Positions 57,400 through 64,000 of a stretch of 64,000 nt of DNA are shown here, in pieces (within the stretch, counting starts at the first letter, position 1; every line of letters begins with the position of its first letter). The notes under the pieces are model-generated. The model was not told the DNA's origin, searched no databases, and saw only the letters and a program-made list of their open reading frames with translations. This stretch comes from Schmidtea polychroa (lineage: Eukaryota). The position numbers and the translations under genes are program-made. The DNA lies in the NCBI GenBank assembly GCA_044892525.1, contig CM097885.1, positions 11,906,001 to 11,970,000 on the forward strand, written 5' to 3'.

Positions 57400-58692
57400 T
57401 TCTCATAATTCTTGTATATTTGGTTCATGCTAAGAATTTATTACTGTTACACGTGCGACAGTTCTTTCACTACAAAGTCTATTTCTTTGCGGGGATTTTA
57501 TAAAATTCATTGATGAAAACAAAGTTTTCCATACGTATGTTGAATCAAACATTGTTAAAAGAGCGTTTGCCAGTTTTTTCATTGTATTAAATGTATCCCA
57601 CTCTTTTAATATTAAATTATCAGTTCTTTGTTCGAATGCCTTTTTCTTATTGTGAGAAATATTTTCTTAATCTTGTTTCTGTAAATCTGTTATTTAATGT
57701 AAGTATCTTTTAAAAATTTCGTTTTACATTGTAAATACAAGACGTCCTTGCAAATTATACAAAAAATTTTCTTACTTATCTCAACAACATCGTATTTTCC
57801 AAACCCTTCTGTTTGATATAGTCTTGAACTCGTATCATTAATCTTAAGTTTCTTAACAGTTGACATATTAAATATATCTAAAGTATTATTATTTATAATT
57901 AGAAAATAAAAAACTTGAATTGAAATTGAAACGAATCGTTTAAATCTACCGATAATTGAAAAATTAATAAATGAAGATAATTGTAAAACACAATAATTTA
58001 AAGAGCATACACTTATTATGGAATTTTTTGCAATACCTACTATGAAAATGTTATACTCAAATAACAAATAATGGTATTTTAAATATATGAAGAAAACTTT
58101 GTAAATTTGCAGTATCCATTGTAAAAAAAATATTTTTGAAATATTTTGGAATTTAGAATTTTTTTAAAAAAAGAACATTTTTTAAAGAAACTAGGGGCTC
58201 CGCCCCTGTTCTCTGAGCTTCACCAAACCACATTAGAACGCTGGATATAATAACAGGAAATTATAATCATATCACGTTTGAAAAAGGGAACAAAATAAAA
58301 CTTAAAAAAAATAAATAAAAAAAAATAAAATTAAAAAAAATAATAATAATAAAATTAAAAAAAAATTTTAAAAAAAAATAATAAAAAAAATTAAAAAAAG
58401 CAAAAAAAATAAACAAAAATTAAAAAAATTAAAAAAATAAAAATAAAATTAAAAAAAAATATTAATAATAATAAAAATTAAAAAAAATAAATTAAAAAAA
58501 ATTTTTTTTTTAAATAATAAAAAAAAACTAAATAAATAAACAAAAATAAAATAAAATAAAATAAAAAAAGTAAAATTCGGATGGAGGGAACCATTAGCTT
58601 TTTTATATATTTTTTAAAGAAATATTTTGAAATTTTTGGATTATTTGCGTGTGTCAGTGTCTGACCTGTGGGCCATAGGTTCGCCATCGCTG
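57400..58692 (-). mobile_element. Internally deleted hAT (SPIN/GTF2IRD2-type) element
   Basis: 5' TIR CAGCGATGGCGAACCTATGG at 58692; N-terminal KKLKINDTSSRLYQ...IFCIICKD fused to frameshifted C-terminal KLANALLTMFDSTYVWKTLFSSMNFIKSPQRNRL, homologous to the 62822 ORF. Confidence 0.8.
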
Positions 58693-61565
58693 TTCTAGGG
58701 ACCTCCTATCATTTTAAAATTATTCTATAAGTCTTCAACTTTTCATTTGTCACCAGTTACAATATTCCACCCATTCCAAAAATATTGATTTTAAAATTTT
58801 TAAAATTTTATTAGTTTTTAATTATTAATATTTTGTAACAATTTCCATTTCATTTTATACATTATTTTATAACCCGAACAATTATTTATAAAACAAAAAA
58901 TATTCTTATTGAAAAATCGTTTTTACACCTATGCAACTGTAACCCCGCAACTTGTCAAATTATTTACGACATAAAAGTCACAGAAAAAAAACCCACATCA
59001 AAATGGATTCTGTCAGAATTTAACAGTAAAATTAAATTTGTTCAAAATTTTTTTATATCCTATTTCGATACAAGAGGAATGAGAATTACTGATACAATAT
59101 CACACACATTTTTTTAATTTTATTTGTTTATAAATAACATTTGAAATAATTTTTGTTATTATTTCTGAAGATTTTATTGTGAAAAAATTAAAATTGCAAA
59201 AAATTATTAATCTAAAATTTTATGAAATTGACTATTAAAAAAAAATTAAAAAGTTTAAAAATATTTAAAAAAATTTATTTTCAAAAACCTTTACTGAATT
59301 TGAATTATAAAAATATGAAAATCAGTATCTGAATATTTGTTAAATAATTTAAATAGGTGCAATCAAATTTGATCGAAATAAATTTTTATTGGAAATTTAA
59401 TTTTTATGAATTCAGAAATCAACAATTATAATGTTTTGCAACTGACATTAATTAAATAAAACTAATCTACAAGACAACTTTATTGAAAACAATTGAAAAA
59501 AATGAAATAAACATTAATATAAAAACCTATTTCAATGTTTGAAATGATTCTGAAGAGTTAAATCGAAATAGAACTTTTTGTTTTGAAAAATGAATTTTCA
59601 AAATCCCTAAAATACAACGTAGAAAACATTTTATTTTCAATATAGATTAAAACAAAAATATCAATATTATATATTTTTTAAAAAATAAAGTAATAATAAA
59701 CAATTTATAACTGATTTTCTTTTCTCAACAGGACATTCTTTATTTTTCATCACTTTTGATAAATTAGGACAAACTATTAATAATTGAACAAAAATGTTGT
59801 GAAGAAAAACATAATAATAATAATAAAATTAATTTAGAACAATGAATTTATTAAAAAGTTTGCACATTATTAATGTTAATCTCAAGAAACTTTTAATTGA
59901 TTTCGATTGTTTTGTAAGTTTTTGTAATTTTCAACATGAAAGTATAAATAATTTCCCATCGATTCATTGAAACAATGAAAAATGTTTCCAATATGTCGGA
60001 TAGAATTTTCCTTTGAATGACAAAAAGGAGTTCGTTCTGATATGTGTTTAAAATAGTATTAAACAAAACTGTTCAGTTTCTATAGTTACTTATTTTCTAA
60101 ATTATTACTTTGTTTTAATTGAGAATTTATTTTATAATAATTAATGATTTTAATAAGATATGGAAAAAATATTTTCAATTGATTAACGGGTTACAGGCAG
60201 TATTAAAAATTAATAAATAATATAATTCAATATAAAATGATAATTTGAAATTTTGATTATTATTATTAAAATTTTTATATAATATTATGAATCCACTACT
60301 TGATGCCGGCACAGTTAATTCCGATTCTTTGAAATATTAATTTATTTATATTTGATATTTATTATTTAAAGAACAACATTTTTATAAATATAATTTTGCA
60401 ATAAATATTAAAAGCTCGTCATCAGTCACGAAACAATTTCAATAAAAACGATTATATTTATAGATTTATAATTAATTACATAATTATATGTACGGATTCC
60501 AATAAATTTATTAATAATAATAAAATTAATTAAACACTTTCAAAATACACGTGGATAATGCATTTGAATGATCTGTCACAGATTTATTACTGAACATATC
60601 ACACACTTTACAAGACTTTGAAATAATTTTAACACTGACACCTCCAATATATTTTTTAAATAACCTTTTAAAAATCTTTAAAACCCTAAGGTAGAATTTG
60701 TTTCGCTAACTTTATTTTTCTATACTACATTTATTAGTAGAGTCAGTTACAGACTTAAAACATATTAATAATCAGAAATATCCATTATTCTTTTAAAAAC
60801 ATGTACAATTATAACCAATATATAATTGAAATAAATAATTAGTGTAATAAATAATTCAGAAAAGATAAAACGTAAATTAGATTTTGAGAAAATAGAAACA
60901 CTTTCAACAATAGTTAATTTCTAAATTGAGTCGACTATAACCAGTTAATTTGTGAGTTACACTTGCGTGACATTTGATTAAGTTATTTTTAAGTAAGATT
61001 ACATTAATGTGATTTAATACACCATTTCCAAATTGAATCAACTACAAACAGTTAATTTGGACTTCATCACACTCATATTTAATATTTTGTGATTAGTATA
61101 GAAAATACACCAATACGCAATTAACTCCAAATTGTGTGCTCATTTATCACCAAGATATATATTATATGTATGCATATTGTTGATACAATTCCTAAAAAAG
61201 TGTAAATGGATTACCTGGAGGTACAGATTTATCCTGTTTGGAAAATAACATTACTTCTGTATTTATTGACATTATATTGACACTGATATTGTCCAAAATC
61301 ATTCCAATCATATGTCAACAAAATTCGAAAATTAAACTTTGTATTAAATGATCTCATGAACAGCAGTTTTACATACCATAAAGGGCATTCTTTAAACGAT
61401 GAAATAAATTTTTACACTTCATAGAGTTGAAAATTTATAAAAACTTTCTAAACCTTTATTTATTATATATAAATGAATTATTATTTCTTTTTTTATATCG
61501 TTGATAATTTATTTTTTCACTAATTCATCTGACACATTTAAGAAACTCTTGGTAATACTATGTTT

Positions 61566-61696
61566 CAGGGAGTTAGCCAGGATTTTAGCTTGGGTGGATT
61601 ATTAATTATTGCAATTCATCGAGCAATGTTAAAAGTTGACTAGGGAAAATAGAAGAAAATATTTTAGGATAATTAACAAATTTATTATTAATTATT

Positions 61697-61752
<56 letters not shown>

Positions 61753-62204
61753 CATAGAATATATTGCAATATAATAATATATCTTTGTCCCTTCATTTAT
61801 TCAGAAAGTATTTCATCCGGACTTATTTTATTTTCTTTATGAATATATAAGAAAACCAAACCGTTTAACCTTTTTCTATTCATGGTATTTCTAATATAAG
61901 TAGATGTGTCAAATATGGAGAAGTGGGGGTAGTTGGCGCTAGTAACCGAACACAACGATACATGTAACCGGGCCGGCTATCCGGCACTCGTCTATGTACT
62001 TTGTTGTGTTGAAAACACCAACAAACTATGGGAATCACTGTCTTGGATTTGAGAAGATATTTCTAAAAATATACATTGTTCTTTTTTTTCTCCTAGAATT
62101 TTCATAACAAAACCAAAATAAAGGTTTTATTAAAATATTTCATCCCTAACTTATATTTGTTAATCTATAATTTATTTTTTGACCCCCACCCCGCTACGTC
62201 CTTG
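61566..62204. mobile_element. Old hAT-like MITE
   Basis: CAGGGAGTTAGC ... GCTACGTCCTTG termini; degenerate 8-bp TSD CTATGTTT / CTGAGTTT. Confidence 0.5.
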
Positions 62205-62564
62205 CTGAGTTTGCTAAATATAATCCAGAAAAACAATTTTCTTCAAAGTTTTTCTTTTTTTTAAATTTTACTTCAAATAATTCACTTGTGACTTAACATT
62301 GAATCCAGTAATTTTCTTGTAAACTTTATGTTCATTATCATGCTGATCTGGTCTGGTAAATATTTAATGATTCTTTTCTATACAAAATTTGTATTTTGTT
62401 ATTCTCTAACAAAATAAAGTATAAAATTTACGATATTATAAATAATATCAATTTATCTTATGAAGTGACAGTATTTTGCAGTTATTATATATTTTTTATA
62501 AATAATAACGCATAATAATAAAATAATCGTTATTTCATTGGATAACGGCTTATACACTCTAGGG

Positions 62565-64000
62565 CAGGGATGGCAAATAGGTTTTTATCAAAGTGCCAAA
62601 ATAAACTAAATTTAAATTCAATTTTTTTCGCGTGCCCTCGTAACTTTTATTTGTTATATGTACCTATATATATATTTTTTATTCATTTTTTTATTCATAT
62701 TTTTATTCACAAGAAAACAGAAATAAATTTCAATATTTGAGTTCATGTGATAATATTTATTCAATATAAAGAAATAGTAAAAAAAATTATAAAGTTTAAT
62801 AATAAATTTAATAAAAAATTCTTAAATTTTGTTAGAAGTTTTTTGCTTCATATTACTTGCAAGGTTTTTAATATCAGGATGGTATGTTGTCGATTGTAAG
62901 GTAATACAAGCTGCTGAGTCTTCTTCTGTTAATCTGTTTCTTGTCTTTGATAGTACATGATTAAGTACAGAAAAAAGACTCTCACAGTAATAAGTGGATG
63001 CGAAAATGGTTAACATTGCGATTGCTAATTTTTTTACAGAAGCAAATGCTTCTGGCATACTATTCCACACTTCCAATATCAAGTTTTCAATGCGGCATTC
63101 CGACTCTCCATCCTGTGACAATCGATGATATTCCAATTCTTCTATATTTTTTCGCATATTCACAAATTTTTGTGTCCAAATAGGATTAGATTGCAAATCT
63201 ACTGTCTGCATTTCTAAATTTTCTAATTTCATCCAATTAATAAGGTTGTTATCGAAATCCTGTATATCGAATAAGTCCGGATAATTTACAATTTTCAACA
63301 GCCTATCAATTCTTTTAAAATCTTTAAATCGATTTGAAAATTGTTCTTTTATAGTTTCAAGAACTTTAGAAAATTCGTAATTAAAATTCCAATTAGTTTT
63401 TTTGAAAATTGTAGATTCATTTAAAAAACTTTTAAGTTTCGGAAAATTATTATGTTTTCCAGATGCGATATCTCTAGCAAAAATATCTAATTTAATTTCA
63501 AACCCCTTTATCAATCCAAACATAACTTCAATTGTTTTTCCTCGTCCTTGCAATTTTTTATTAAGAACGTTTAAATGTAATGTTACGTCGGTAAAAAACA
63601 TTAATTTTGTTAACCATTCTGTATCATATAATTCTTTAAAACGATCCCTGTCGAATTCGTGTAAAAAAAGTCGAATTTCTTCCAAGCAATTCACAAATCG
63701 TTCTAAGGATGTCGCTCGACTTAGCCAACGTACACTATTGCACATTAAGAGAGTATCGTATTCGCAATCCATATCATTTAAAAGTTTTTTAAATTGTCTT
63801 TTATGCATGTCGCGTGCAACTACAAAATTTATGATTTTATTAACTTGTTCTGATATTTCTTTGAAATCGCTAGTTCCGAATTTTGCACAAAGAACTTGCT
63901 GATGAATAATGCAATGAAAGCCTATTATTGGATGACCAACTAGGTTTTGAAATAAATTAACAAAACCTATCTCTGGTCCAGTCATATTAGGAGCTCCATC
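62565..64000 (-). mobile_element. hAT (Buster/SPIN-type) transposon, 3' part; continues beyond window
   Basis: TIR CAGGGATGGCAAATAGG at 62565 preceded by CTCTAGGG (central-TA target); contains the open transposase frame. Confidence 0.9.
62822..64000 (-). CDS. hAT DDE transposase (GTF2IRD2/SPIN-like), 5'-partial
   Basis: Uninterrupted frame with DGAPNMTG (second catalytic D), HCIIHQ (CxxH), VRWLS, LNKKLQG and FASTYYCESLFS (catalytic E). Confidence 0.95.
   Translation of the reverse strand, partial: DGAPNMTGPEIGFVNLFQNLVGHPIIGFHCIIHQQVLCAKFGTSDFKEISEQVNKIINFVVARDMHKRQFKKLLNDMDCEYDTLLMCNSVRWLSRATSLERFVNCLEEIRLFLHEFDRDRFKELYDTEWLTKLMFFTDVTLHLNVLNKKLQGRGKTIEVMFGLIKGFEIKLDIFARDIASGKHNNFPKLKSFLNESTIFKKTNWNFNYEFSKVLETIKEQFSNRFKDFKRIDRLLKIVNYPDLFDIQDFDNNLINWMKLENLEMQTVDLQSNPIWTQKFVNMRKNIEELEYHRLSQDGESECRIENLILEVWNSMPEAFASVKKLAIAMLTIFASTYYCESLFSVLNHVLSKTRNRLTEEDSAACITLQSTTYHPDIKNLASNMKQKTSNKI

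Noticed and set aside
58300..58570. A/T-only tract and overlapping hydrophobic ORF 58478-58687
   Set aside because: Low-complexity sequence within the hAT remnant.
60410..60440. Minus-strand CTGATGA as another hammerhead (also 25081 and plus-strand 59550)
   Set aside because: No credible stem II followed by GAAA and UH.
58693..62564. Near-identical 8-mers TTCTAGGG / CTCTAGGG beside the ends of two neighbouring hAT elements, suggesting a composite transposon
   Set aside because: They lie between two separate elements and fit the central-TA target preference of Buster/SPIN hATs.
63402..63902. 166-aa plus-strand ORF
   Set aside because: Antisense shadow of the hAT transposase.

Overview
Very AT-rich (roughly three-quarters A+T by eye), repeat-saturated eukaryotic genomic DNA from a metazoan. 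A planarian/flatworm-like host is an inference from composition, (AAT)n tracts and the repeat spectrum. Only one host gene is supportable: the first coding exon (43523-43859, +) of a nephrin/Kirre-like Ig-superfamily membrane protein, whose first intron apparently runs past the window end. The rest is mobile DNA: one open hAT (Buster/SPIN/GTF2IRD2-type) transposase running off the right edge, TSD-bounded hAT, piggyBac and Tc1/pogo MITEs, solo LTRs and gypsy remnants, Penelope-like (RT/GIY-YIG) fragments, a probable Maverick/Polinton ATPase remnant and two actin pseudogenes. The most interesting signal is non-coding: three distinct families of minimal type-I hammerhead ribozyme (HHR) elements, about 15 copies or fragments. 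Family A has a UUGAAAA-variant core and forms fold-back palindromes whose junctions map to the predicted cleavage site. Family B has a canonical core preceded by a long G-U-containing hairpin carrying an exact copy of the U1 snRNA 5' end (AUACUUACCUGG). Family C is degenerate. Both actin pseudogenes are fused to the same ~240-bp leader, which elsewhere associates with the HHR/Penelope elements. All calls were made by eye; no database search or folding program was run.
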